DNA of 64,000 nt from Ophelia neglecta. Taxonomy: Eukaryota. Below are positions 1 through 12,140 of the stretch, one piece after another. Position 1 is the first letter of the stretch. Each line of letters opens with the position of its first letter. The DNA lies in the NCBI GenBank assembly GCA_965285935.1, contig OZ260665.1, forward strand, positions 45,570,001-45,634,000. Reading direction: 5' to 3'. Under the pieces are notes generated by a model that worked only from the letters and a program-made list of their open reading frames with translations, ran no database searches and was not told the DNA's origin. The position numbers were made by a program, and so were the translations under genes.

Positions 1-1171
1 GATGAAACCTGGGCCGAGATATATTACCCACACGATTGTCACTTCCATCGCTGACTAATCAATTTGCTAGAAAGGCAATCTCCCTAGAAATGCAGTGTTA
101 TGCCCAGTAAAATGGGAGTAACTGCTGCCCTTTATCATATGGTTTGGGGAGGCCCGCATTGTTTATGGCAAGATATTGAATATTTGATCAAGATGTATCA
201 TTAAAAGATGTGCCATCTTTGTTTGAAGCTAGTGGCTCATATGGATGGAGAGAACCTGAATTTTGAGTAATAGTGTGATAGTTCGCCGAGTTTAATATCT
301 GAGTGGTTATTCCAGGTCGGAGACAGCTCCCCTGTGATGAATGTTTTTCACCCAAGCTAGCACATGATCAAATTTTCTAGTGCATATGAAGTACCAATAT
401 TTGCAAGAACTAGGCAGAAACGTAGGATCTGGACAGAAGAATGAATCCACATTGACATGGTTTGTCAGGTTACAGTTTATTAAAATAAACATTGTATACC
501 TTATTGTGTCGATGGTAAAATGCCCTGCTACATGTAAATGTATATATATGGCATGAAATATTTAGCTCACCAATTTGTTGGTGTAAGCTTAAGATGGCCT
601 TAGCCTTGTGATTTGTACCTTTTTTATTTTAGAGACCTGCATTGCTTATGGTAATTATTTGCCAAACAAAAAGGTGCTCTGTGGAGAAGGGCAAGTTGGA
701 ATCTGTTAAAAGTTGACCCTTTTATGAAAATGTGCTTACTTAATCTCTCACCTAGGTCCCTAGGCATGCCGGGAAAAGGCATTGCTTTATGGGAGTACAA
801 ATTGTGTATACACGTATAAATATACATGTACATAGACATGTACATTGTATATACAATAGATACAAGAACAAGTCTGTATTGTGTGTTCCCTGTTTAATGT
901 TGATGAGGATGAAGAAGAGCCTTGCCTTGCTCCATGATCAGACCTCATCAAACAGTTACCCCAGGGCCTGTCTGACAACTTCAAGCATTTCTAAGCAAGG
1001 CAGGTCAGGCTAGCTGGTTTGTTCTCCTCCCTAGAGAGGAGAGATTGATTCCTCGGGGCAGGGCTCTAAAGAACAAAGGACGGGAGCTAGGACCCCCTCC
1101 ACCCCACCCCCCCCATACCTCCCCAGGGTAGTGAGTGCCTTCATGGGCCTGCAAACCACTCATTGTTCAGC

Positions 1172-1308
1172 GGGGTTCTAGACAGCTTGTATCCATCCCC
1201 TCCCCAACTCACTGTGCTGCCTCCCTACCTCCCCTCCCCAACCCCTCCCCAGGGTTCTTTTAGACAGCCTGTATCCATCCCTTCCCCAACTCACTGTGTT
1301 GTGCTGCC
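1172..1308. repeat. Local duplication, two copies of ~50 bp (tagacagcytgtatccatcccytccccaactcactgtg)
   Basis: Near-identical copies start at ~1179 and 1261. Confidence 0.85.
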
Positions 1309-1740
1309 ACCAAGAGTAGTGGGTCTTTACCAAATAAAGTAAAAGGTGGTAGCCAACTGATTTGCATATAACCAGATATAGTTTTATCTAACTGATAAGG
1401 TCCTCAATGCTTTCTGGCTAACCAAATATTTTCCAGACTGTTTTGTGGACAGAGATCCGGGCAGCTACCAGACCTTCAGACTTGGAGGCAACAGGCAGAT
1501 TGTCATAGAGTTATCATTTAACATGCTCTGTTGATTCCCACATTTGCTGCTGTTTGCTTCTGATTGATCTGAACACATTGTAGCATAAATTTTGCCAGTG
1601 AACCAGGTTGTTCTGTGATTTTGGCAGAGTAATGCAGAGTAATGATTCAGGAATGAAGGTTAAGAGTGGTTGTCATTTTTTAAAACAAAAAAATGAATGT
1701 TGTGCATTTCCTGTTTGATGCACAGTGTTACTTTAAAAAT

Positions 1741-2424
1741 TTGATACATTTACCAGTGCCAGTGTGATACATGAACCAGTACCAGTGTGATACATGTACC
1801 AGTACATGTGTGATACATGTACCAGTACCAGTGTGATACATGTACCAGTACCAGTGTAATACATGTACTGGTACAAGGGTGATACATGTACCAGTACCAG
1901 TGTGATACATGTACTGGTACAAGGGTGATACATGTACCAGTACCAGTGTGATACATGTACCAGTACCAGTGTGATACATGTACTGGTACCAATGTGATAC
2001 ATGTACTGGTACCAATGTGATACATGTACCAGTACACGTGTGATACATGTACTGGTAAAAGGGTGATACATGTACTGGTACCAATGTGATACATGTGCTG
2101 GTACAAGGGTGATACATGTACTGGTACAAGGGTGATACATGTACTGGTACCAATGTGATACATGTACTGGTACAAGGGTGATACATGTACTGGTACCAAT
2201 GCAATACATGTACTGGTACAAGGGTGATACATGTACTGGTACCAATGCGATACATGTACTGGTACAAGGGTGATACATGTACTGGTATCAATGTGATACA
2301 TGTACTGGTACAAGAGTGATACATGTACTGGTATCAATGTGATACATGTACTGGTACAAGGGTGATACATGTACTGGTACCAATGTGATACATGTACTGG
2401 TACCAATGTGATACATGTACTGGT
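1741..2424. repeat. 23-bp minisatellite, ~30 units, GTGATACATGTAC[CA/TG]GTAC[CAGT/AAGG/CAAT]
   Basis: Directly visible tandem array. It explains the three repetitive minus-strand ORFs at 1728-2439. Confidence 0.97.
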
Positions 2425-5147
2425 GTATTTAAATTGCATTGATTGGAGTTTAGGTGTGAAAAGGTTTCTATTGTTTCATAAATTTATGAACTACATAACA
2501 AATAAAGAGACTGAGGCCAGCTTGTAGAAGAAATATTGATTTCATCAGAAAAGAAGATTTTGCAGACTTTGAGATTCTGTATAATTCAGCAAGGACAGGA
2601 AGAATCACTCTTGATGGTATAAAATATTAACTTGGCACTAAATGTGTGGTCTGAAGATTTATGGTGTTGCACTTATTAACTTACAAACAAATTACACCAT
2701 ATTTGAATGAGATATTATTATGAGCTCATCAGCATTTAAATTGCAAATGATTAACAATGTCTCTTATTTTCTGTGCATTGTCATAGATCACCAGGGCTAG
2801 ATTTGCAAATTAACAGAACACTTATCTGTCATGGCTTGTTAAAGTTTCATGTTCACATTCGCTATTTTTGGTGGAACAAAAAGTAAAAGTCACTGCGGCA
2901 TTGATGTTTGAATGTTTGTTGTCACTGACAATGAATAAGTTATTTGGCTATCAGCAGATGATAGATGGTTAAAGGTGGTTGTATTATCACAGGACAATAG
3001 TCAATAATTTGAGCACAGACACTGTTGCCGCACACCCATTAAACCATTAAATCTAACCAGAAATCCTTTATCCCCTCCCCTCCCCTGACTCAGTATTTCC
3101 ATCATACCACTTACAAGTGATAAATAACTCATGTTGTTTGTCCGCCATTGCTCTGTCTCCTCAATTTGCTACGTTGCCTCAACCCTACTTCAATATTCAG
3201 GAATTATCAATATTTTCTATCGAAAATATCCCTAACCAAAGCTCAGCCAGGACTAACCATAGAAATAGGAGTTATTGTTGTAATTTCTGACTTGTAAGTA
3301 ACTTTGTGTGGCAATCCATTTTTTCCCTTGGTTAATGGTTCCATTAAAGTTTGTCTCAATGCCTGCAATTTACTTCTAAATTTACTTTGTTGCTTAGGGA
3401 TAAAGATTTCCATTATTTTAACATACAATGCCTTGTTTCACTTTTGTTGTATCAACAGGTTAATCGGTGCATGCAGACAAACAATAAGGTTTTATCAATA
3501 AAATGGATATCATGTCCCCTTTCTTCCCAAGTTGAGAGATGATATGTACATGAACTATTAAATTCAAAAATACTGGGCACGTTTTTTCTGGTCCTACACT
3601 TTCATTCATGTATTTTTTTTAGTCATACTGCCTGTGTGCATATGTTTTAAAACAAAAATGCGGAGAAATATTGGACAGATTTATTGCGGAGAAATGTCAT
3701 GATGAGAAAAGGAGCTCAGCAAAAGAAAGCAGTTAATTCCTCCTTGGTGCATGTATGTGAAGGTAGTCAAGTGGCTGACTCTCCTGTCTACATCAGATTT
3801 GGTATTTTAAGCAGTGGAGTCTTGCAGAGGATTGCTCAGGGCAGACTAATGCAACCAATCCCCAGAACATGTTTGTTGCTCCCATAGCGCTCTATGGCCA
3901 TATGCTAAGCAAGGCAGAATTACGTCACAAAGACAATTGAGAATCCATTAGTGACTGACCTCCCAGGATGAGGCTAATGGACAGCAAGATAATCTCTCCT
4001 ACTCTCTGCTCTCCTGACCTACTGAGAGGGAGGGCCGAACAGGGAAGGAAACCTTCTAAAATAAAAATACTGACCAGCAGAGATCTACAGGAAAGGGAAC
4101 ATCTCAGGGGGATTTCTTAGAATGACCCATCAAAGGAGGAAACTGCCTGGCTGGAAGAAATACTCCTAACAGATGTCTACATGATGATGTTCACATATAC
4201 CTGTATCCAGAGGAAAGCAGAGCAGACATTGACACTGTACAAGGGAAATGTAATAAAAGGGAAAATGAGACCATTAGAGATCTGTTTGGGTGAAAACTGC
4301 TAGGCAGATGATGCAAAGCCAAGGAACTCCCTTGAGGGGCAGCCCGGCAGAGGCCTAACTGGGGGGGGGGGGGGGGGGGGTGGAGGCAACCTGCCAGGTA
4401 GAGCCTGTTCATGGGGTCTGGCTATGGGCTTACTAGCAACCGTCTCCATATTGTACATGTTGTAGGGAAGGTTTGCCTGGCAGAGGAGGGAGCACTGCCA
4501 AGCTTAAAACTAAAATGGAAAACAGGAGTGTTACTGAGGCCTAGGGGCTAAAATAAGGCAAGAAATGCCAGCCACAGTGGAGGAGAATGTGACATGCCCT
4601 AGTTAAATATCTACCAATGGATGTCAAGTAAGAGTCTATCTACCAGGAGGCCTCCTACAGGATGACATATCTGGGAGACTCCTACCTGGTGACATACCTG
4701 GGGGGCTCCTCAAGGGTGACACACTGGGGGGGGGGGGAGCAGTCTCCTCTGGGATATACATGTAAGACACCCTGGTCCTGGTCATCTGTGATAATAAGCT
4801 GGCAGCAAACACTGTGAGCCTGGTGTGTATTGAGTTGTCCAGGGAGCCAGTCAAAAGAGAGACAGTGTTCCTATGCATGAAGTTAACTTTGTTGCTTTGA
4901 CTGTTTTCAGACTGCTCAAACTTCTCTGACCTATGTAGGTGTTTAATGAGCTGTCCATGACCTATTTAGTGTGTAAAAGGGGCCCTGGCTGCAGAAAAAA
5001 TGGAGATTTAAACAATAGCCTGCTGAAACATTTAAAAGGATTAAGCCAACTGTTATTATCAAATGAAGAAGTTTATTATTTTGTGATACCCAAAAAGCAG
5101 TTTTGATTTGTGAACTGCACTTTAAATATTAATGTTCGGTATTGTGC

Positions 5148-5195
5148 ATTACCAGCCACATGTGATTACATTACCAGCCACATGTGATTACATTA
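5148..5195. repeat. 22-bp tandem duplication (cattaccagccacatgtgatta x2)
   Basis: Exact tandem copy. Confidence 0.9.
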
Positions 5196-6985
5196 ATTAT
5201 AAGAGTAAGTATGACATCATAAAACTAACTTATTAACAGAGAGTACCAATTACAGGTTATTCTAGTAAAAATCAGAAACTTAATAATATGAAAATTCAGT
5301 TTAATTTGAAAATCTGTCATCACAGACTAACTTGTAATAGTATATCTTTGATTTGGACAATGCTATAATCTCAGGTTTCTTCTTGCCAGGTATGAACATT
5401 CCTAACAGTCTGTTGACTTTCTCATATTTGATTTAGTGCAAAAAGTGTCACATAAATTGAAGTTTATAACACAAAAATGTGTATGTACTTATGACATAGG
5501 ATGTGGTTGTACAAGCCAGGGCAATTGTAAGCTTTATGAAGAAATCTGTCCCTGCTTCTGTTACCTCTCATTGTTTCACAATGATGTGGGGGGTCTCGGC
5601 AATGTGTTTTCAAATCCCCCATGATAAAACTTTGTTTATCAATATCCATTCAAATTTCTTGGGTAAATTTTTCATCATAACTGACAGGATACAGGCCATG
5701 TTTATCCAAACACACAGTGGGGACCTCTGCTATTGTCCTCTGAAAAGTTTTTGTCTGCAGCAATTAAAGTGAAATTTTTTTTAGAAATAAGCATTAATAT
5801 GGCTTTGTTAGATGTCTAAATGGTGTTTCGCACCTAGGTTGACACCCAATGTGCTGAAAATCACGCTTATCTCTGGCTTAAATTCTTTTGCTCAATGAGG
5901 CAAGAATTCTTTAAAACTGTTGCTAAATAGAAGAAACTCTAGTCTAATACCTGGCATTTTAGTATTGTGTGAATTAAATGGGGATCTGACATGTTTGTAC
6001 TGGGGGTTCTGCGGCTAAGACCACAATCGGCTGATGATTGACAAGTGAAGTAATAGTTAAGAACTTCTCCTTCCTCAGCCTTGACAAGCAAGGACGACAC
6101 TGTTTTGTTGAGTACTCCGTCCCTTGGTTTATGTCCATAGGCTGTTTGGAAAAAACACATTTGCTGGAAGAAGAAAACATTAGATTAAGGACATTTGTGT
6201 GATCTGTAACAAAAAGGATATCTTGATAGAAGTCACACATTGACTAGGACCTGAGTGTTGTGTTCTGTTGCTGCAGTATTCTTGTCTTCAGTTCATAGTT
6301 TAGCTAACACATTTCAGCACCATTATTGAGGTTATTCTTTTAATGTTGGTCAAACTGTTTTTTGAGGGTTTTCCAAGCTAAGTGTTTAATAGAAGACAGA
6401 GCCAGTTGCTGCTGCTGGATGCCACTTCTGTGTGTTTACTTATGACAAAATTCTCATACCAGCTAATGATTGAATGAGTCTGACACATCCCTTTACAAGA
6501 GAACCAGTGTAGCCAGAAATCCAAGTGCCCTGCAGATATTATTACAAGATCTCTAAGTTTGTGTCAGCCCTTGTCACTTGGATGAGAGGCTAGATTTACT
6601 CATATGTGATGGCTCTTACAGAATATTGGCACATACAATTGAATATGTCAGGGTAGACATTATTTATTTTGCAACAAGAACCCCCCTCAGGGCTTGTTGT
6701 GAAGACATTGAAATCCAGTGACAAATTTAAATTGATATCTTAAATATGTTTTCTCCAGGCCGGTTGGTATTCTCCCTGACAGGTCTGCTCTTGTAAAGTC
6801 TAAAGACAATGTGACTGACATCTGCTGGAATTTTGTTTTTTAGATCATATATTGGTCCTCCATTTTATTTCAATCACCTGAACCATATGATACTTTCAAT
6901 GTGAATAGGACTTATGGCCACGCCTTGTCTCATCTTCCTGGGTCTCAGTTATTACATTTATTGACATTTTCCTGTTATTTTCCAG

Positions 6986-7089
6986 ACAAGGAGCCCGACA
7001 CGAGGATGACATTTGCAATGAGGTTCCCTGTGGAGGAGTGGTCTAAGGTCCAGCAATACTTCACAGCTCCAGAGCAAGACAAGTCCTGA
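6986..7089 (+). CDS. SCAPER: Terminal coding exon of probable SCAPER (S-phase cyclin A-associated protein in the ER)
   Basis: Strong acceptor ttttcctgttattttccag|AC (phase 1). Peptide (D)KEPDTRMTFAMRFPVEEWSKVQQYFTAPEQDKS* resembles the SCAPER C-terminus recalled as ...LANRFPQQAWEEARQFF... (RFP-x3-W-x5-[YF]F pattern). Position convergent with Islet fits the known Islet-Scaper pairing. No upstream exon was identified in 1-6985. Confidence 0.72.
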
Positions 7090-9150
7090 ATCTCACCAGG
7101 AAAACCAGAAAACCTAAAATCCACCCAATATAATATCATCTCTGAGGCAGTCCATTCCCTCGTGCTTCAAAAAAAGAACATCATTTATCACAGAGAAAGT
7201 TGTACCTTGATGATTTGATATATCCAGCAAAGCCACTTTTGGTCATTACATATGTTTTACATGCTTTGATTGATTATATATTTATGCTGAAATTATGTGT
7301 ACTTAAAGTCATGGCAGTTTGTTCCACCTGCTTATATCCACTCGTTTGAAAAAAATGGTGTCCTGGTGCATTAATTAAAGATCACTTTATCCACACCTCT
7401 AAATTTAGTTCACATTCCATAAAAAGCACTGTAGCTTGTATAAAATGAAAGATATTACTATTCATATGTGTAAATAAGCTTGTTTGAAGGAAAAATTATT
7501 TTTACTCTCACATCTATTGATTAGTCCATTATTTTGTTGCTATAGAAATTCTATATTGCTAATTTTAATGTTCTTTGCTCTGGTGAACAGTGTGTTGTTT
7601 TATTTCTTTGCACCGTTTTGTGTGTGAATGGCCACAAGGGTAGTTCTCACTAGTTAGAATTGTGATGCTGTGTTATACCTCATCAAAAGAAAATACATTA
7701 ATCTCTTTCAATAGAATTGTTTTGCTATGAATTTTGTTATTTGAAACTACCTTACCATTCTGCGATGTGTTTTTTTTTTTTTTGGTTATTTTTATGCTTG
7801 GTCCAGATTTAAACTTTCAAAAAGTTGACCTTGTATGTTTAGAGTTAGTTAAGATTCCAGTGTGTTACATAGTGGGAAGTCAGCTGATGTAAATAACAAA
7901 CTGTTCTTTTAAAGAATTACATTCCCACTCAAAAATAACACTGCTCTTTTATATATGAATGAATGTAAATTTGTGAAACTTTGTAAAACGTTGTGAACTT
8001 TGTTTGCATGGGTTACATGTTATTGCTAATAAATAGGAGTTTGTAGGGAATAACTTGTTGTCCTATTGTTGGCTTATGTATAATAGCGACCATCTTGAAG
8101 GATCTGAAGTGAATGAACATCACAGTCCTCAATGAAAGAGAATGATACTGCTCTGCAAACAGTATTAACACCAACACCATTTTTAAGTTATAAATATTAC
8201 TTAACAAAATGAATACAACGATGGTCTGAATTAAGAAAAATCAATGGTGCTGGAAATACAGAATTTGCAACTAAATTAAAATATAAAGATGCAAAGATAA
8301 GTTTGAATTGTTGTCCTTTGGCATTAATGAGGGCATTATGTACAAATATCTTTGGCTGGAATATATATTCGTAACTCATTAAGTATTTTCTATTTAAAAT
8401 GTTCAAGGCGATTGGTAATTTTTAATTACAAAATAATGTTTCATTAATCATTTACAGCAGAACTTTTGTACTTATTTCATGTAAATATTAAGCTTTAAGC
8501 ACAAACAGTTTGATACAAATATATATAGGTGTTGTTCCTAGGTATAATACATTTTCCCTACTGGCAATAAAAATGTTACCAACTTTTTTACCATTGGTGT
8601 ATTGGCACCAGTGTAAAATTTGGCAATACTTTTGGAAAAAACTATAAACTATTTTTCTACATATAGCCATTTGTAGAAGGAGGCTAGAACACAGGTCTTT
8701 GTTTAGGATATTTAACTTATTACTGCATGCTTATTTGAAGAGTTCCAAATTGTTTTAACAACATTATCATACGTTTTCAGTTTTCCTGTGTGCAATATGG
8801 GATGTTGTCTACATGCATGGCTGTATATTCCAGTAGGCAGTGTTAAACTATAAAACCTTGTTTTTAGTTATGCACAAACTCCTACCTGTATGGATCTCTT
8901 GGATCATGTTTTTTAACGTTTATCTGTAATCTGTACTTTACTCACGTTATAGCAAGAGCTATAATCCACACCTACTTGAAAACTCTTATTTTGATACTGT
9001 TTAGGTTTGGATATAGCTACAGGCAATGTACATTTACATATACAACTATGTGTGTAATTCCTATCCCAGCTTGAATGGCTGAGAATGTGAACATCACCAA
9101 TTGATGTGTGGTCTGCTCTACAATAAATTTGTGCTTTATTTTGAAGGTTT
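7090..9150 (+). other. 3'UTR of the SCAPER-like gene; probable poly(A) signal AATAAA at 9122-9127 (alternatives at 8028 and 8567)
   Basis: U-rich, TGTA-rich sequence after the stop. AATAAA is followed by a T/GT-rich tract, and CpG depletion ends shortly afterwards. Confidence 0.55.
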
Positions 9151-11316
9151 GTGACATCTAGAACTAAAAATCCCTCCTCTGGTTTCCCGTAGGTTTTAGT
9201 CTAGCAGTAGCTGTCCTTGTGCCTTTACATTGAAGATGTCTATGTTATTTATCTCCCTGGCTTCAGTCTGTGATCCTTTAATTGCTTTTTCATGAACATT
9301 CTTTCCATCAGTCTTCTCTTGTGGTTATTGTTGTGTCCATGTTAAGACTGACTTGAAATGATTTTGTAAAAATTAAATTCCATTTTCAAGAAACATCTCA
9401 CATGGTCTATTGGTGGAAATATTAAGTGTAGCTCAATTCAAGTGACTTTTAGTAGCCATTTTAATAGACTTAGATTACATCACCTTGTTTAAAAACAGGA
9501 TGTAGGACATCATTATCGTAAATGGTGGTGTAAGATGTTACCGAATAAAAACGATTTGCTATTTGCAGTGACTAGGGAATGTTTTATTGATGGTTTAAGG
9601 ATTTGCTAGGCAGGCAATAAATTTATGTCAGTTCGACAAAGAAGTGTCACGGTTGTCGGTTGTCGGGTAATTTGTGTTTTGGGACTACGAACCATTCTTT
9701 AGAACTATTGATTTTTTTCAAACCTTTATATTTCTCCTAGTAGAAATCGTACGGGCCCGAGGCTAAACAAAATGGTTTTGTGACGCAAAAACTTTTGCGT
9801 TTTTTTGTTAGAGATGAGAACAAGATAAAGTGCTCCCTTGATTTGTTGGGATGGCATGCAAGACCTGGGAGCATTACTTGCAATTATGAGAGTAGTCACT
9901 TTTAAGTAAGTTGTCAATATCCACCATTATTAAAAAGCGTGATTGTATAAGATATCACGGTTTTCTGTTGACTCGAAAGATGGCAAATGATATTGGTTGA
10001 AGAACTACATTAAGTAATCGATCGTTAGAACTTAAAATAAATAAAAATGCGGAAAAACCTTCACGATGGAATGGTCTACGTGCGGTGACGCTCTTTACGT
10101 AAAAGGTCGTCATTGATTGGCGAACTTATTTAGAAGATAAGCTGTCATATCCCGTGTCATAACTTCGGAAATCTTTAAAGACAAATACTAGCTGCCCTTC
10201 TCTGGCATAATTCCTTTCCACGATCTACCCTCTGTGTTTGTTTAATACCATTAAATCTGGATGAGGTTTCTTGGCTTACACATGATCTCTGCCACGAAGC
10301 CACGCCATTCAAGGTAGCACTCTCTAGCCGATGTCATCTTCGACAAAAAAGCGACGAGATTTGAGACACAAATCCACTTTATTTCCACGGTGGGATGGCT
10401 CGACTTTCAGCTCGGCTCGATAGCACTGCTCCTCAGGTATTGACACACATCTAGGTATCGCTTGTTAATACACTTGTGATCGGGGTGTGTCCTACCCGCC
10501 GCCGGAATGGCACTTCCGTCGACAGGGTCGCTCCTCTGTTTCAATTGAAAAAATCAAAATCTAATCCTATACAGGTGATGTAATCTATAAATCATATTGT
10601 GCTACCACTTCGACGTCTCAGAAACAAACTTTTCTTCTAGATTTAGCCTAAGGTTTGTTTAAAATGTAGCAATGCCATAATAGGTAGATCATTAAAAATG
10701 CGTATGACTCGTTTGCAAAGGCAGAGTTGACCCTAGTTGGATACAAATTGCAAAAAGACTAGCTTATAATATTAAATTTTAATAACAATTTAATTCCCGG
10801 AAATCGGTAGTAGTTATTTAATGAAACAGCTGAGGACTGACTTGCACTCAAATTCGTCTGATTTCAAGAGCAAGGTTTCTTGGAACACTATTGAAATCAA
10901 ACTACATAACAATTCCGATAAATAAGCATGGTTAGTCCTCGCTTAACTTGTATTTTCCCATCCGCAAAATGTACATGACGTCATTGGAGTAGTACCCTTT
11001 AAAATGCAAACAATGCCAACGAAAAATATGCACTACTTACACGTTACCACATACCCCAACAGGCGGCGCATGTCTCGTTGGCCATAATCCTATTACGTGC
11101 TTCCGGTGTGGATTTTAAGAGCGCCAAATACTTTCTCCATTGTGGGTTCAAACACCTGCCAAGATTCAAGATCACGGGTAAGTTCTGTATGTAATATTAA
11201 AGTCATCTTCATATTCGTACTGCGATATATCCAGATTATTGTGTTCACATATGCATCACTGATAACCATTCAGAAATATGCATAGTATGCATATTTTTGT
11301 GTACATGATAAATGCT

Positions 11317-11614
11317 GGGGGGGGGGGGGGGGTAAGTTCCATGTTGTTTTGATAGGGAGGTGTCGACTTGATTCTGTTAACCTGACCCATGCATGTAAGT
11401 TATATCTAATAAATTTGTACCCATGCCTATGAATCCCACCCATGTGAGGGTTCGCTGAAAAAGCACCTACCCATATACGGATTTGTCGAAAAGGACCTAT
11501 TCATGTAAGGGTTTGCCGAAAAAGGACCCATGCATGTAAATTCCAGCTCTGAAAAACCCACCTATGTAGGCGTCCCTGTTTATACCAATATAAAGGAGCT
11601 GACCCCTCCCCCTC
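11317..11614. mobile_element. Probable non-autonomous DNA element (MITE-like) with G-run/C-run ends and internal acccatg/aaaaggaccc repeats
   Basis: Starts with a poly-G run and ends with cccctccccc. Repeated internal motifs (acccatgcatgta, gaaaaggacc). Confidence 0.45.
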
Positions 11615-11961
11615 AAGGTATATGATGTGCTCATTGACCTGTCATGTTTGGTATTGCCACTATTTGGTTGCTATCTCTGATATTATATGGCTTTATATGT
11701 ATTTTCTAATGTATGGCTTTTAATGTATTTTTTAATGTATGTGTTCCAGTTCGTATGATGTTGACCAATATATATTTTAGTGTTTGCCAATTGCGAATAA
11801 CCTCAAAGTGTGGAGTAATGTCTCATGTAGTCAGTCATTTCAATGTTCTCTTTCATTGATGATGCCTACCATATGTTATTTTTTGATACATCCATACAAA
11901 GGATGCTTTTGGTACGAATGTTTGAAATAAAGTGTTTGAAATAATCCACTGCGAAAGTGTT

Positions 11962-12140
11962 ACATTTTGTCACTATCTAAACAGAGTAAAGAATTCTGAC
12001 AAATATCCAAACTTTCAGGTCTCTCGTAATTGGCAATTAATACATGTATACTGGGGTTGTGCCGACGACGATTGTGACGTCATGTACATTTCGCGGATGG
12101 GATTTTGTGACGTCATATACGTTTGGCGGATGGGATTTTT
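11962..12140 (+). repeat. Dispersed repeat copy A (related to 25815-25900), followed by a ~35-bp tandem duplication (ttgtgacgtcat...gcggatgggatttt)
   Basis: Shares cattttgtca..atctaa...attctga..a..tccaaactttcaggt..tcg.aattggc with copy B. Confidence 0.7.

Larger units (their letters stand above)
1..6985 (+). other. Intronic sequence upstream of the terminal SCAPER-like exon
   Basis: No convincing coding exon; strongly CpG-depleted, like a methylated gene body; ends in a canonical acceptor. Confidence 0.55.

Noticed and set aside
1728-2439. Three long repetitive Cys/His/Tyr-rich ORFs
   Set aside because: Artefact of the stop-free 23-bp minisatellite; all three frames give the same permuted peptide.
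2549-2617. Possible internal SCAPER exon (cag|...|gtat)
   Set aside because: Weak splice sites and no similarity to SCAPER that I can recognise.
5464-5770. Minus-strand KQSFIMGDLKTH resembling an APE endonuclease GDFN motif
   Set aside because: Single weak motif with the catalytic Asn missing and an in-frame stop just upstream; a LINE call cannot be supported.
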